64,000 nucleotides of DNA from Sminthopsis crassicaudata (GCF_048593235.1 NC_133620.1:371781261-371845260), one strand, 5' to 3'; positions 1-13,255 are shown, numbered from the stretch's first letter. The notes: a model not told the origin generated them from the letters alone. Numbers and translations: made by a program.

Positions 1-369
1 TTGGAGAAAAAATAAACCTCTTAATATACTCATTCACACTCAGGTATGCCTAAGACAGCTCAAGGTGTTGTATCTCTAAGAAATGCTTTTACTAGGAAGA
101 AACTCCTCAGACAAAGGAATGACTCTCTAAGTGTGGATTTTTAAGTATTAGCTAGAGGGTTGGGCAGCATTTGGGGTGGAGATCAGGCAAAAGGACTTTC
201 CCAGGCCTGGAATCCCACAAAGCTGCCAGAGGAAAACTGAAATTTGTAGCAATGTATAACAGGGAACCGGCTTTGCCAACAAGGAAACAGCAAGTCCCCT
301 CTGGGAACTGAGTAAATGAAACAAACCCCAGTTGACAGGAACGGATCTGCAGGAGAGGACCAGGATAGA

Positions 370-950
370 GAGTGGAATCTAAAGCAGAATTGATATGAAA
401 AAGACCTGGAGATTTTAAAGGAATAAAACCATAGTATGAGTCAAAAGTATGACACAACAATCAAAAAAGAGGTAAAGGGAGCTTAACCAGCCCAGGATCC
501 ATGCAGAGGAAGCAACACAATCCACTACATTCTGGAATGGTCAGACCCCTACCAGAATAGTTTTTAATTCTGAACATCACATTCTAAAAGGGACACTGAT
601 CAGTGTCCTGAACATTCTAAAAAGAGTAACCTGGCAAGGCCAGGCCCAGAGATCATGAAAGTGATTAGCTTGTAGAAGAATTAGCAGGGAACATTAGAGT
701 AATTTTAAAGAATCTAGAGCTGTGAGAGAAATAGTAAGCTTGTTTGGGGGGAGCATATCTAAGAGATTTAGATAAATGATCAAGATGCAGATTTCACATG
801 TAAAGAAAAGTCTTCTAACAATCAGAGTTCAGGGGTGGGCTCCTCCCCACCACTGGAAGCCTTCAAGGAGAGGCAGGAATGTTGTATGGAGGTTCCTGCT
901 CCAATACAGACTGAGCAAGATGACCTTTGGGTCCATACCTACAAGGGAGA
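370..950 (+). mobile_element. L3/CR1 LINE 3' remnant
   Basis: Decayed CR1-type 3' end (ctaacaatcagag...ccccaccactggaagccttcaagg...gatgacctttgggtcc), recognised from memory of the consensus; boundaries approximate. Confidence 0.6.
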
Positions 951-954
951 TTCT

Positions 955-1320
955 GGAGACAGAAAGAAAGAGAGACAGGTGAAGTCACAATAGACGGAGA
1001 CAGAGAAAGAAAAAGAGAGAATGGCACAGTAGAGACAGACAGATGATGGTACAATAAAGCTAGCCAAAGAGACGGAGATGGCATGGTAAGTGGAGAGAGT
1101 GACAAAATAGTGAAAAAGAAAATGTTTGAGACAGAGAAACAAAGAAGCACAGTTCAGATAAAAATAAATAAACAAAGGGTCCAGAGACAGACCCACTGGC
1201 ACAAGCAGAAACAAAAGAGAGAATTATTAAGGAAGAGAACAGGAAATTGGTAAAAAGAGAAAGGGGATTCAGAGAGTGAACGAGGACAGATGCTGACAAA
1301 GGAGATGGGGAAGCTCAGGA
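955..1320. repeat. AG-rich low-complexity tract
   Basis: Runs of agagacag/agaaagaa with strong purine skew on +. Confidence 0.7.
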
Positions 1321-1424
1321 AGCAATATATGGGTGTCTAATTTCTGCAACAAATGCAGAGAAATCAAATGCATCTACATAGTCTATGGTTCTGTGAAGCA
1401 TGCTAAAAGAAGCCAGAAAATGGA

Positions 1425-1512
1425 AAAACACACACACGTAAACACACACTCACACATACATTTACACACACATACACACACTCATATATGCTCACACTCA
1501 CACATGCACATA
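1425..1512. repeat. Degenerate (CA)n microsatellite
   Basis: aaaacacacacacgtaaacacacactcacacatacatttacacacacatacacac... Confidence 0.85.
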
Positions 1513-1653
1513 GTCCCCAGGACAATGAACAAGAAACCCTTTTACAGCGCCCACAAAACTAGCCTTGGGTCTCCACATTGAAATCCAGCCCTACCCTGTT
1601 CTCAGCCCCTGCCACAGAATCCCGTAGGAGCAGGGTTTTTGTCCGGCTGTGGC

Positions 1654-1667
1654 CTGCCACCTCGTGG
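1654..1667 (-). promoter_or_regulatory. CTCF core motif
   Basis: Minus strand reads CCACGAGGTGGCAG, 13/14 match to CCASYAGRKGGCRS, in a non-repeat GC-richer patch. Confidence 0.6.
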
Positions 1668-1847
1668 TAGAAAGGGGCCAACTCAGCGTGGCTGGGGAAA
1701 TGAAATGAATTTTTGTGCTCCCTTTCCCACTCCTAGCCTCCCCCTTCTCTTCCATCCCTAGCTATTCCGCCCCCACAATCCCAGTGATTCATTGAAGAGT
1801 CTAATAATCTGATTCATCTTTAATTAGGGGCTACCTCTGCGCTAATT

Positions 1848-1962
1848 AGGGGCAGTTAAGTGGTTCATTGGATAGAGTGCCAAGCCTGGAGTCAGGAAGA
1901 CTCATCTTCCTGAATTTAAATTTGGTCTCAGACATTTACTAGCTGCGTGACCCTGGGCAATG
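1848..1962 (+). mobile_element. Marsupial CORE-SINE (Mar1/WSINE1-like), 3' truncated
   Basis: ggggcagttaagtgg...ggatagagtgccaagcctggagtcaggaagact...cagacatttactagctgcgtgaccctgggcaa: tRNA-derived head plus CORE. Confidence 0.8.
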
Positions 1963-2054
1963 AAAAAAATTATTTTTTTGCTCAAGCCCCTGGTGTACCC
2001 TCTAGCCACTGTCCCCACTTTCATTAGAGAGGAAGCCTCTTTTTTCAGTAAGTC

Positions 2055-2700
2055 AGGATCAATAAACATTTTTTTTCTAGCATGTACTGTGTGCCAAGCT
2101 TGTGCTAAATGCTGGGAATACAAAGAAAGGCATAAGACATGTAAACAGTTATACAAAAACAAGCTAATTCACAGAGGGAAGACATTAGGGGAAAAGAGAG
2201 ATAGAGAAAGACTTATCATAGAAGATCAGATTTTAGCTGGGTGAAGGAAGCCAGAAGGTGGAAATGAGAAAGAGAATTCTGGGTGGGAGTCAGGAGATGG
2301 AACATCTTGTTCTAGAAACAGCAAGGAAGCCAGTGTTATTGGATCCGGGGTTGGAGGCAGGAGCGGGAAGGGCAGTGAGGATAAAGTGTAAGAAGACAGG
2401 AAAGGTGGGAGGAAGGAAGCAGATACACAAATAAAGTTGTATATTTTATTCTAGACGTGATAGGGAGCCACTGGAGTTTATTAGAAGTGGGGTAGGGGAC
2501 CTGAGGTCATTAAGACTTTCCTTAGGACTATAACTTAATGGAATGGAGGATAGATGGTAGTGTAGAGATACTAGCAGACTATTGCAGTCATCCTGTGTGA
2601 ATTGATGAGGGTCTGTGACAGCCGTGGGAGGGTCAGAGGAGAGAAGGAACTATAGGACAGAGATGTTGCAAAGGTAAAACTGACAGGATTTAGCACCATC
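2055..2700 (-). mobile_element. L2 LINE 3' fragment
   Basis: tcaataaacattt...tgtgccaagcttgtgctaaatgctggg is the reverse complement of the L2 terminal motif, followed by purine-rich L2 body. Confidence 0.7.
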
Positions 2701-3519
2701 ATTTACTCTTTTCTCACCTCCCTGAAAGTGACTTCTGTTGTGGTACATGAAAGAACCAAGACACAAGTGATTTTCAGCAGATTTTTTTAACTTGCAATTC
2801 AGAGGACATGCATAGATAGAAATATGTCTGAATATAATCTCAATTAGATTTTACTGTGAGGTTCTCTTTATACACTAAAGCAATACTATCAAAAGAAATG
2901 TCTGCTTTTTTGTAATTGGCTACATAAATAAGATACAGGAGTGCATTGTAGTACAGAAAAACAGACTGAGTTAAGAAATAACTGTAGTAAAAAGAAAAAT
3001 ATGTCATGTATGATAGGGAAAATTAACTGCAGCTAACAAGACATCTGCACTTTTGGAAAATGATGAATGGCACAGAATATTTCTTCAGACATACTGTGCC
3101 ACACACTGTACTTACTCAACAAACTACAGCAGTAATTACTTAAATGATAATTAAATGAAGTTACTTGAGTTCATAATGAAACTCCATATTTCTTGTCTCC
3201 CCTCTACTCTATTAACACTTTCCTGTCTGAGGTCACATTCAGCTCTTCCATGTTTCATTCTTCTTTTTTCTCCTTAGACTTGGTCTCTTTCTCTTATCCA
3301 ACCTGAAAATGCAGCAGCCACTTACTGTGTAGGGGCCTGACCCAGGAGGTTTAACCTTCTCTATTTCTGAACCTGGCTATTTGCTTCTCATCAGGGAACT
3401 AGTGGACATTCTACCTCTTTCCTACTTCTCCCTCTTTGGCTTGAGTCTACTGCAGCTCAGAATTCCCAGACTCAATCAATCTTCCCCAATTGCAGAGTCT
3501 GCACTGAAGACCTGACCTT

Positions 3520-3830
3520 TTCATTCATTCATTCAACAATCAACAAATATTTCTTGAACACCTCCTGAGTGCAGAGCCACTATTCAAAGCATTAGGATAA
3601 ATACAAAGTTCAGGCAAGAGTCAGTGCTTGCCAACATGGAGTTTATAGTTCATTAAGATGAGGTACAAACAAAAAATAATAGTCAGTTGATAATGAACAA
3701 TATTGCATGATCGTTACATTAGAAGAACTATAAAATAAAGTGCTTGTTGAGGTTCAGAGGCAGGATTTATTATTTATCTGGAATGTCAGGAAAGGCTTTC
3801 TAGATTTATCAATTCTCTTATTTTGTCTCT
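3520..3830 (-). mobile_element. L2 LINE 3' fragment
   Basis: tcattcattcattcaacaatcaacaaatatttcttgaacacc... is the L2 terminal (CATT)n tail in antisense. Confidence 0.65.
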
Positions 3831-4309
3831 CCCTCTGACTCACCCTGAGGTACTAAATGGTGGGGACTTGGCTAGGGGTGGGGCAGGAAATGGGGAGAGA
3901 GAAAATTATGGCAGGAAACTGTCCCAAGCTGAAGAGAAAGGTAGACTTTCCTCACCACTGAGTCTACTCGCCTTGCTTTGTCCTGAGCCAAATGTTGGAT
4001 GTCACTGACAACCAATGACAAGATAGCTGCGACCAGGTACCAGGCTGAGTTGAGATCCTGAATCCAACCTGATCATACTAAGTATCTCACCTAGGCAGTG
4101 AGTTCCAAGTCCAAATTTGTTCAGAGATTTTGCCTCTGCTTTTGATGGTTATTCAATCATTGAATCAACTGGCAAGAAGTAAGCTCTTACAATCTAATCT
4201 GCCAGTTACAGTGTTAAGCATTGGGGATACAAAGAAAGCAAAAAACACAGACCCTGGCCTCAAGGAGTTCACATTCTAATGGAAGATAAAACATTCAAAC
4301 AACTAGGTA

Positions 4310-4512
4310 ATGCAAGATATATCATATAAACATACATGTACTTATATGTACATACACATGTATATACATATGTGAAATATTAAACATATATTATAAAGCA
4401 ATACATATTATGTATACTATATAGATATATAGTATATATTATAAGTATAGATATAGATATATAGTTATGTTGCATGTATACTGTATATAGTATATGTACT
4501 ATATATATAAAA
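4310..4512. repeat. Degenerate (TA)n/(CATA)n tract
   Basis: atatatcatataaacatacatgtac...tatatagatatatagtatat... Confidence 0.85.
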
Positions 4513-4521
4513 TTTTATTTA

Positions 4522-4567
4522 CTTATTGCTGAGGCAATTGGGGTTAAGTGACTTGTCGAGGGTCACA
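4522..4567 (-). mobile_element. WSINE1-like SINE 3' end running into an assembly gap
   Basis: ttgctgaggcaattggggttaagtgacttgtcgagggtcaca is the reverse complement of the WSINE1 3' end; Ns follow. Confidence 0.75.
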
Positions 4568-4716
4568 NNNNNNNNNNNNNNNNNNNNNNNNNNNNNNNNN
4601 NNNNNNNNNNNNNNNNNNNNNNNNNNNNNNNNNNNNNNNNNNNNNNNNNNNNNNNNNNNNNNNNNNNNNNNNNNNNNNNNNNNNNNNNNNNNNNNNNNNN
4701 NNNNNNNNNNNNNNNN
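4568..4716. other. Assembly gap (149 N)
   Basis: Run of N. Confidence 1.
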
Positions 4717-5139
4717 TAATCACAGAGGGATGGCACTAAAAAGTACAGGAGAAGAGGAGGACCAGGAAAGCCCTCCTGCAGAAAGTAGAATTTGAACTGT
4801 TTGGAAGAAAGACATTCCTACATAAAATGTAATACAAACATCAGGGAGAAATTGTTGTTTGCATTCCTTTGTTGCCTCACACACTCAGGTTTTCGAATTC
4901 CTAAGACTTCTAGATCGAAATCACTTCTATTTTTTGGGAGAAATTCTGGAATTTAGAGGAGGAGTTGGCTCAACATACTTAAAGTCCCTTCTTGAATATT
5001 TTTCCCCTGATTGTACTATTGTGGTAAGTTGTTTTATACTCAAAGTAATTATCTCATTGAGTACTCAAGTATTCCTGTCTTCAATCATTTTATTATTTTT
5101 TATCAGTTTTATACTCAGTCACTACTTTATACAGTATTC

Positions 5140-5365
5140 AAGTCTTCATTCATTTCAGTTGTGTCCAACTTTTCTTTTCATGGCTCTGTTTGAAGTTTTC
5201 TTGACAAATATTCCCAAATGAGGAAACTGAGGCAAACAATTTTGTGTTATTTGAACAGGGTCATACAGCTTAAATGTGAGTCAGAGGCTAGATTTGAACT
5301 TAACAGACATGAGTTTTGCTGACTCCAAGCCCAGCTTTCTATCCACTGCACTACCTAGTTTCCTG
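5140..5365 (-). mobile_element. Mar1/MIR-like CORE-SINE
   Basis: cattcatttcagttgtgtccaac...atgaggaaactgaggcaaac...gggtcatacagct...atccactgcactacctag. Confidence 0.75.
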
Positions 5366-6284
5366 GTTGGTGAGTACTCATAGTCTGATAGAGTGGATTC
5401 ACAAAGCTTACCCACCCCTTGACAAAGAATCAGGGAATAGAGTGAGCTAAAGAACAACTGACTCTGAGAACCACAGAAAGCCCAGCATTTTACTCAGTTC
5501 TGCTCAAATGGGCATGTGAATGAGCTTGGGATTCCCCCAAACCACATGGAAAGTATTTCAGATGAATAGGAAGTCAACAGGTCAGATGAGAAACCAGGTA
5601 GAAGACTAAACATTCTTCTCATAGTGAACAGCATAAGCACAAACAGGGAGTCAAGAGAGCGTAAGAAAGTAGACCAAGTTGATTTAAATATAGCATTCAA
5701 GGTGAGTAGAACAACACAGATCTAGGAAATATTTCTGAGTTGTGGAATACTTTGGGGTGGCAGATAAAGAGATTTGAGCTTTACTTAACAGGCTATTGGG
5801 AGCCAGTGAAAGTTTTTGAACAGAGGACTGACAAGACATATCTTTTGAGTAAGAAAGGGTACTTTAGCAGGAATATGAAGAATAGAGTGGAAATTAACAC
5901 TCACCCTCTCTACCAGGTATCTTAGGCAGAGATCTAGAACAAAAAAGGACCTCAATAACCTTTTAATCCAATTTTGCCATTTTGAAACCTAGGTAGGTTT
6001 AATCATTGGTCCAAATTCACCTAAGTAGTAATATCAGAGAACGGATCTACACTCAGGAATTCCAGTTCCACTATTACTATACCAGGCTGCTTCCTCATGC
6101 TCGTAGAATAAAAATTAGGCTAAGGATTCATTAGCTTAAAGAGCTCCTGACAAAACCAAGGCCTATCTGCCCTGAAAGTTCAAATCCTCCAAGTTTGAGT
6201 GCTGGACCCTTTGGTGCTGCTACTTCCATTTAAGCAATTATTTTTCCTTTGACACACACCCCCCTTTTAAGAATTCTGTTTTAG

Positions 6285-6448
6285 ATGCTTACTGATTATG
6301 TGATCTTGGCCAAGTCACTTCACTCTGCCTCAGTTTCCTCAATGAGCTAAAGATGGAAATGACAAACTACTCCAGTATCTTTGCCAAGAAAATCCCAAAT
6401 GGGGTCAGGAAGAATCAAATACAAGTGAAATGACTGAATAACAAAGGA
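6285..6448 (+). mobile_element. Mar1-like SINE, 5' truncated
   Basis: caagtcactt...gcctcagtttcctc...ccagtatctttgccaagaaaatcccaaatggggtca...tgactgaataac. Confidence 0.75.
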
Positions 6449-7589
6449 ATCTCTTAACTGAAAATTCTAGTGTCTTCTCTTTGATTTTTATCTCCAGTTT
6501 AACCAGTGTATAGCATTTTTATACATAATTGTTGACCCTCCCGCCCAGTGAGTACAGGAATTAGGTCTGTTTTTGTTGGGGTTTTTTGTTTTTGTTTTTG
6601 GTCTTCCTATATCACCTCAAACATAATAGATGCTTACCAGTTGGGGAAGTTATAACCCACAGCCTCTGGGCAACTGTCACTAGGAAAATTTTCCCTCCAC
6701 CTACACCCAGTGCATATACATCCAGCCAGCCCTTTTCCTACCTGTCATCTCTATGGCTCTGTGCATCCTAAGAGCCTCACCCAGCTAAGTATCATTTTTT
6801 GGTAAAAAAAAAAATCAAGTAAGAAAAATTTATAGGTAGTTATAGTGACCAAATTAACTGAAGAATTATGTGATATATCCTCTGGGCTCATTTTCCAAAC
6901 TCTCATTCTCCTTAGCAAGCTGAGTCTCCACAGAGCAAATGACTCTCTTTCTCCTCAAGGTTTTAGGAGTAAATCTGACAGTTTATGATTTTAATTACTG
7001 ACTTTCCTGTCCCTGACATGTGGTAGAAACTTAATACATGTTTATTAACTGATTTTCTGTTTCTCAAAGGATGATTGGGAGTGGGGAAGGGATCTTAGAA
7101 TCATCAACTTCTACCCCTCATTTTATTAAATTAATTTGCTTATTTCTTTAAAAATAAGAATAGACTGGAAGAGACTAGGAGGTAGGAAGACTTTTCAGGA
7201 GACGATTGGAGTTGTCTAGACAAGAAGTAATAAGGGTCTATAGAATCATAGATTTCAAGCTCAACGAAATGATAATTTAGTCCAATGCTCTCATCTGTTG
7301 TTATTTGTCCTTCATTCTCGAAGAGGAACCACGATACCAGGGAAGTGATGTCATAACATGCAAATGAATTGGATTTAAGTGAGGGAGGAATGTTCAAGAT
7401 CCAGTGGCTAGATATAAATGAGGATGACTGAAAATGGTCCTAGATGCAATGGGTGACTATGGCATTTTTAAGCTAAGGTCTTGGCTTTCATCCGAAAGTA
7501 AGCTGTTGAAAGTCAGAATAAGGAGGAGGAGATAGACTTGAGAAATGTTCCAGAAATAGAGTTGATGGGAATTGGGAAATGTTAACATA

Positions 7590-9100
7590 TATTTTGCATT
7601 CTAACTTCTGATCTTATCACACAATTAAAACTGCTCTTTCCAAAGTTACCAACAATCTTTTAAATGCCAAATCTAATAGTCTTTTGTCATTCCTCATCCT
7701 TTGCTGTATTTGCACTCCCTCTCCTCCCAAATTCTCTCTCCTTTCTGGATTTTTCTGATATTACAGCCTTCTGGTTCTCCTCCTACCTTTCTGACTTCCC
7801 TTCTCCCCCTCTCCTTCCAGAATCTCTCTCCTTTCTGGATTTTTCTGAAATTGCATCCTTCTGGTTCTTCTCCTCCTACTTTCTTAGTCTCTTTTACTAC
7901 ATCATATCATGCCCTTGAAGGGTGTACCCCAAGACTTTGTCCCAAGCCCTCTTCTCTTTCCATACTCTACCACTGATCTAAGCAGCTTCCCTAAGTTTAA
8001 TTATCTCAATGTAGACAACTCCTCCATCTATATATCCTGCTTGTTTCCCTCCTAAGCACCATTATCACATTACCTATTAGACATTTTGAAAAGGAAATTC
8101 TGTAGGTGTTTCAAACTCAATACATCAAAAACAGAACTCATTATCTTTTCCTCCAAACTCTCCATTCTACCCAGCTTCATTATCCCTTAGTCTCTCAGGT
8201 TTATGACCTCAATGTCATCTTCAGCTTCTCTCTTGCTCATGCTCCATATGCCTGATCAATTGCCAACTTTTATCATTTCTATGGCTAAACATGATTCATA
8301 TCTGACCCATTCTCTGTACTCACACAGCAACCACATTAGTTCAGAGTTTCATTACCACCTGGATTATTACAAAATTCTTCTAATTGGTCTCCCCAGCTCA
8401 TCTCTCCTCACTCAAATCCTTTCTCTATTTTGCTGCCAAAGTGATTATCCCTAATCAAAAAAATCTGTTTCCCTATTAATAAGCTCCAGATGCTCCTTTA
8501 ATATACATAACAATTTGGCTGTTAAAGCCCTTCACAGATAAGCTAGAACACTGGATCAAAAATTCGGGAAATCTAAGTTTAAATCTCAGTTTAGAATTAC
8601 TAGCTTTGTAACTAAGCTGGTCACTTACCTCAGTTTCTTTCTCTGAAGAAAAAAAAAAAAAAGACCTGAACAGGTGAATTAACCTTTATCTATCTCAATA
8701 TACTCAATTTTTAAATGGAAGTAATAGCACCAATCTATCAGGATTGTTGTGAAAATTAAATGAGATAATATTTGTAAATTATTTTGCAAACTTTAAAATG
8801 CCATATAAATGTTTGCTCCTTAAAGCCCTTACTTAGCAACTTGGGTCTAACCTATCTTTTCAGCTTGATTATATGTAATTTCACTCCCTCATCTATAGTC
8901 TAAGCAACTTGGCCTTTCCTCTGTTCTTCACACAATGCACTTCACCTTCATATCTTCTGTCCCTATGCCTTTAATCTATCCCCCACATCTGTAATTCACT
9001 CCTCCCTCACTTCTGCTTGACAAAATCTCTCACTTTTTTTTTTCAAATGCACCCAAGCATCTTCTGTACCTTCTACATGAAACCTGGCACCCTTCCTAAC
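7590..9100 (+). mobile_element. L2 LINE ORF2 remnant with internal 90-bp tandem duplication and MIR insertion
   Basis: Pyrimidine-rich L2 body (aaactgctctttccaaagttaccaac...aaactcaatacatcaaaaacagaactcattatc). 7721-7810 is repeated at 7811-7890; MIR-like piece at ~8525-8815. Confidence 0.65.
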
Positions 9101-9399
9101 TACTTTATAATTATTTTATATTACATATGTATGTGTGTATATATATATATATATGTATATGTGTGTATAGAGAGTCTCTATCTGCTCTGATTATGTTCTT
9201 TTTTCAATTTAGTAAATCATTTTACCCCTTAATTTTCCTCTACTCTCAATCCCTGACTCCTTTGTCTAATGTTTTGCCAAGCTCCACCTGAGGTTACTTC
9301 CACCATTTGACTTTTCTGTTGCCATTAACAGAACATTAACTGAAAAAAGCTGAAGTCATACAACTTTACTGGCGGGGTCAACTTCACTTTTATGTTATT

Positions 9400-9664
9400 G
9401 TTGTTCATTCATTTCACTTGTATCCAACTCTTCCTGATCCCATTTGGAGTTTTTTGGGTTTTTTTTTGTTTGTTTGTTTGTTTTGGCAAAGGTATTGGAA
9501 TGGTTTGCTATTTCCTTCTCTAATTCATTTTACAAATGAAAAAATTGAGACAAATAGGGATAAGTGACTCGTTCAGGGTCACACAGTTAGTAAATGTCTG
9601 CGGCCAAACTGAATTCAGGTCTTCCTGTCTCCAGACTTGGTCTTTTATCCATTACACCACCTAG
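9400..9664 (-). mobile_element. Mar1-like SINE, near full length, inserted in L2
   Basis: gttgttcattcatttcac...cccatttgg...ttggcaaagg...cagggtcacacagttagtaaatgtctg...atccattacaccacctagg. Confidence 0.8.
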
Positions 9665-9977
9665 GTACATAATATTGTTATGCTATCTGATCTCATTTTA
9701 GCCTTCCATTCAGCAAGGCGATTCTTTTGATTTTCTCAATTGATTTCCTATCCCATCCACCATAAAATCTGTTCCAAACTTTCTGTTTTTTCTTTAAGCC
9801 TCCTACATCATTCTCACCTTCTCAGCCAAGAACCAATATGCCCATAAACTTAGTTTTCTCCCTTCTTCCTTATTTCAAAATCCCTTGACATCATCTTCTA
9901 CCATCTCCCTCTTCATTCTAGTTTCTCTTGAAGAAATGGCCCTTCTCCTTGACAAAGTCAATACTAACATATATACA

Positions 9978-12050
9978 TTTAAAAATTTTTAATATTTTGT
10001 TTTTCCCCAATTACATGTAAAAATTTCTAACCTTCATTTTTTATAATTTGAGTTTCAAATTCTCTCATCCTCCCTTTCCTCCCTCAAGCAACTTGATAAA
10101 TGTACAGTCATGCAAAAACATGTTGCCACATCATTGTGTTGTGAAAGAAAACACAGACCAAAAAAATAAACAAAAAGAAAGAAAATTTAACAACAGTATG
10201 CTTCAATCTTCCATCAGGTCTTTTTTGGAAGTAGATAGTATTTTTCATCATAAGTCCTTTAGAACTGTCTTAGATCTATATGTTCCTGGGAGTAGTTAAG
10301 TCACTTATAATTGATCATCTTATAATATTGCTGTTATTGTGTACCATATTCCCCTGGTTCTACTCACTTCACTTTGTATCACTTCATGCAAGATTTTCTG
10401 CCTATTTATCAGTTTTTATAGCACAATAACATTTCATTCTAATCATATGCCACAATAAGGTCAGTCATTCCTCAATTGATAGGTATTCCTTCAGTTTCCA
10501 ATTCTTTGCCACACAAAGAATCACTACAAATATTTTTGTACATATAGGTCCTTTTCCTTTAAAAAAAACAAAAACTTTTTGGCATACAGACCAGTAGTGG
10601 TATTGCTGGATCAAAGAGTTTTTGGCCCTTTGAGCATAGTTCCAAATTGCTCTCCAGAATGATTGAATCATTCATAACACTACCAACAATGCATTACTGT
10701 ACCAGTTTTCCCATATCCTTTCCAACATTTGTTATTTTCTTTTTCTGTCATAATAGCCAGTCTGATAGGTGTGAGATGATACCTCTAAGTAGTTTTAATT
10801 TTCATTCCTCTAATCAATAGTGATTTAAGGCATCTTTTCATATGATTACAGATAGCTTTGATTTCTACAACTGAAAACTACCTGTTCATATCCTTTATTG
10901 ATAAATGGTTATTTATCAATTGAGGAATGACTCATATTATTATAAATTTGACTCAGTTATCTATATATATGAGAGATGAAGTCTTTAGTAAAGATACTTG
11001 CTACAAAAAATTTTCCCCAGTATCCTACTTTCTTTCTAGTCTTAGATGAATTGATTTTTGTATAATTTTAAAATTTACTAATAAATTAATTTAATTAATA
11101 AAAATTAATATAATATAATATAATAAAAATTATCCATTTTATATCCCATAATGCTATCTCCTGTTTGCTAATAAGTTCTTCCCTTATCCATACATTTGAC
11201 AGGTAAACTATTCTATATTCCCCTAATTTGTTTATGGCATTTTATGTCTAAATCATTTACTCATTTTGACCTTATCTTAGTATACGGTGTGAAGTATTGG
11301 TTCCCACTTTCCACCAAATGTTTTTCAAATTTCCCAGAAGTTTTTGTCAAATAAGTGAGTTCTTCCAGCTCACTATTATGTACCTAATCTATTCTACTGA
11401 TTCACCATTTTATTTCTTAGGCAGTACCAGATAATTTTTATGATAATTAATGTATAATACAGTGTGAGATCTGATAAAGCTAGATTACCTTCCTTTGCAT
11501 TTTTTTCCATTAAATCCCTTTATTGATCTTTTGCTCTTCTAGATGAATTTTGTTATTACTTTTCCTAACTCTATAAAATAATTTTTTGGCATTTGCTTGG
11601 TAGGGCGCTGAATAAGTATATCAATTTTGGCAAAACTGTCATTTCTATTATGTTGGTTCAGGCTACCTATGAGAAATTAACATTTTCCAGTTGTTTAGAT
11701 CTGACTTTATTTGTGTGAAAATTGTTTTGTAATTGTGTTCATATAGTTACTAGGTTTGCCTTGAAAGTGGACTACCAAATATTTTATCAGCTTTTATAAA
11801 TGGAATTTTCTTTCTATTTCTTGCTGCTAGATTTTCTTGGTAATATATAGAAATACTGATGATTTATGTTTGTATGCCATCATATCATCTACAAAGAGGG
11901 ATAAATTTTTTCCTCATTGCTTATTCTAATTTATTCAATTTTTTCTTTTATTGCTATAGTTAGCATTTCTAGTACAATATTGAATATTGTTGTGATAATG
12001 GGTGATATTTAACTTCACCCCTGATCTTATTGGAGATGCTTCTAGCTTAT
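9978..12050 (-). mobile_element. L1 LINE 3' part (ORF2 C-terminus and 3'UTR), degraded
   Basis: Minus-strand ORF 10465-10671 (FWRAIWNYAQRA...GKGPICTKIF...VAKNWKL) matches the L1 ORF2 C-terminal region; frames disrupted. Confidence 0.85.
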
Positions 12051-12429
12051 ACATTATGCATTCTTGATTCTATTCCATCTTTCCCAGATTGACCTTACTC
12101 CCTATAATCTTCAATCTCTCTCTATTTTTTGATTCTTTCTTTCAACAACTAAGTTTTCCCTATTCTTAAAAAACTCTCACTAGGTTTTATCCTTTCCTCT
12201 AACAATCATTCTATATTTTTCCTTCTTTTCTCAGCCAAACCATAAAAAATCTGTGTATACTCCACGCTTTCAGTTCCTCTCCTCTGATATAGATATATGT
12301 GTATATAACTATACAATGTATATTTAATATGTACTTTATATACATATGTAATATGATGTTATAGTAAAATGCATAATATATAATACATAGTGTGTTTATA
12401 TATCTCTATATGCATACATGCATATATTT

Positions 12430-12690
12430 CTATCTAGAATTAATCACTAAATGGATGTGGCCTCAGTCAAACTGAGACCTGAAGAATTTAGCTTAAAAAG
12501 ACCAAGGTCTCCCACTGCATCTGGGGCCATCTGCAGTCATCCTGATCTCTATCTGGCCCCTGGACCCAGGTGGTTCTAGAGGGAAAAGTAAGGCAGGTGA
12601 CCTTGCACAATCATCTCTCTCTTAAATCCAATCCACTTGCATGCCATGGCATAACCCCTCTGATGTCATGGTCTTTTTCAAGAATGTAGG
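12430..12690 (+). mobile_element. RTE-associated marsupial SINE (WALLSI-type; family name uncertain)
   Basis: cctcagtcaaactgagacctg...ggacccaggtggttctagagggaaaagtaaggcaggtgaccttgcac...gatgtcatggtc. The same element recurs at ~24765, ~62820 (-) and ~7318 (-). Confidence 0.65.
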
Positions 12691-12765
12691 CCAAGGGGCA
12701 GTTAAGTGGTGAAGTGGATAAAGTGCCAACCCTGAAGTCAGGAGGATCTGAGTTCAAATCTAGTC

Positions 12766-13175
12766 NNNNNNNNNNNNNNNNNNNNNNNNNNNNNNNNNNN
12801 NNNNNNNNNNNNNNNNNNNNNNNNNNNNNNNNNNNNNNNNNNNNNNNNNNNNNNNNNNNNNNNNNNNNNNNNNNNNNNNNNNNNNNNNNNNNNNNNNNNN
12901 NNNNNNNNNNNNNNNNNNNNNNNNNNNNNNNNNNNNNNNNNNNNNNNNNNNNNNNNNNNNNNNNNNNNNNNNNNNNNNNNNNNNNNNNNNNNNNNNNNNN
13001 NNNNNNNNNNNNNNNNNNNNNNNNNNNNNNNNNNNNNNNNNNNNNNNNNNNNNNNNNNNNNNNNNNNNNNNNNNNNNNNNNNNNNNNNNNNNNNNNNNNN
13101 NNNNNNNNNNNNNNNNNNNNNNNNNNNNNNNNNNNNNNNNNNNNNNNNNNNNNNNNNNNNNNNNNNNNNNNNNNN
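12766..13175. other. Assembly gap (410 N), directly after a SINE head (12695-12765)
   Basis: Run of N. Confidence 1.
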
Positions 13176-13255
13176 GATATGTATACATGCTCATATAAAT
13201 GTGTTACATGTGTTTGTATATGTACATATACGTGTGTGGGGTGTGTGTGTGTGTG

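Noticed and set aside
2791-2809. Possible hAT transposase motif LAFRGH (cttgcaattcagaggacat)
   Set aside because: Needs a frameshift, and I could not extend the similarity in flanking sequence.
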